Of a DNA stretch of 64,000 nt, positions 63,596-64,000 are shown in pieces. The stretch's first letter is position 1. Every line of letters starts with the position of its first letter. The notes below the pieces were generated by a model. The model saw nothing but the letters and a program-made list of their open reading frames with translations, was not told the origin of the DNA and searched no databases. The translations under genes and the position numbers were made by a program. The stretch comes from Mobula hypostoma (taxonomy: Eukaryota): assembly GCF_963921235.1 (NCBI RefSeq), contig NC_086097.1:227852001-227916000 (forward strand), written 5' to 3'.

Positions 63596-64000
63596 CCTTA
63601 TTCATCTAGTCCTCGGTGTGCCTTACTCTCAATCGTACAGCTGGATGGTTCCTGTGGGAAGTACCCACTACCCTTGGTTCTTCGCTCCAGTACACATTCA
63701 TTACCAAGGGCACAGGAGCAGGGAAAGTTTAGAGGAGATTGCATGTGTGGTTCCCATGGAGCAATTCCTCTATGTGAGCCACCCAACAATGAAACCTAGA
63801 GAAGGTTTCACACGGTACAATGCTGGCTCCCCATTGGACAATCATCAGCTCACTTGCCACTGCATAAAGAAGGGGGTTATAGAGAAAGGATAAGAAGAGT
63901 AAGAAGGAGAAAAAAAACAGATGAGGAGAAGGAGAGGGCAAAGATAATAGTTAGCAGCAGTGAAGCTGCCCCATCATTGGACTTGGGGAGAGAGCAGAGA

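Overview
Vertebrate nuclear DNA, mostly interspersed repeats. The repeat families resemble those of a cartilaginous fish, probably a ray (my inference from pattern recognition, not a search). I recognise no host protein-coding gene, RNA gene, CRISPR array or prokaryotic system. Almost all listed ORFs are pieces of decayed transposons or chance frames. Content: CR1 LINEs (three stacked at 20-32 kb, one near full length), Rex1/Babar, RTE and L2 LINE pieces, many Penelope-like elements (PLEs) with GIY-YIG remnants, a nested minus-strand Gypsy, four related solo LTRs, Tc1/mariner MITEs, Harbinger transposase remnants, tRNA-derived SINEs and a GA microsatellite. Most notable: (1) about 11 copies of a minimal hammerhead-ribozyme motif at PLE 3' ends, including a ~200 bp hairpin mini-element; (2) a CpG-rich non-repeat island near 46.5-46.95 kb with a splice donor phase-compatible with a strong acceptor at 34,140, a speculative minus-strand small-ORF/lncRNA gene; (3) an exact 118-bp templated copy; (4) two LTR insertions at identical TACA targets; (5) a bipartite RTE-derived element with a structured 5' end. 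Boundaries of old repeats are approximate and read by eye.
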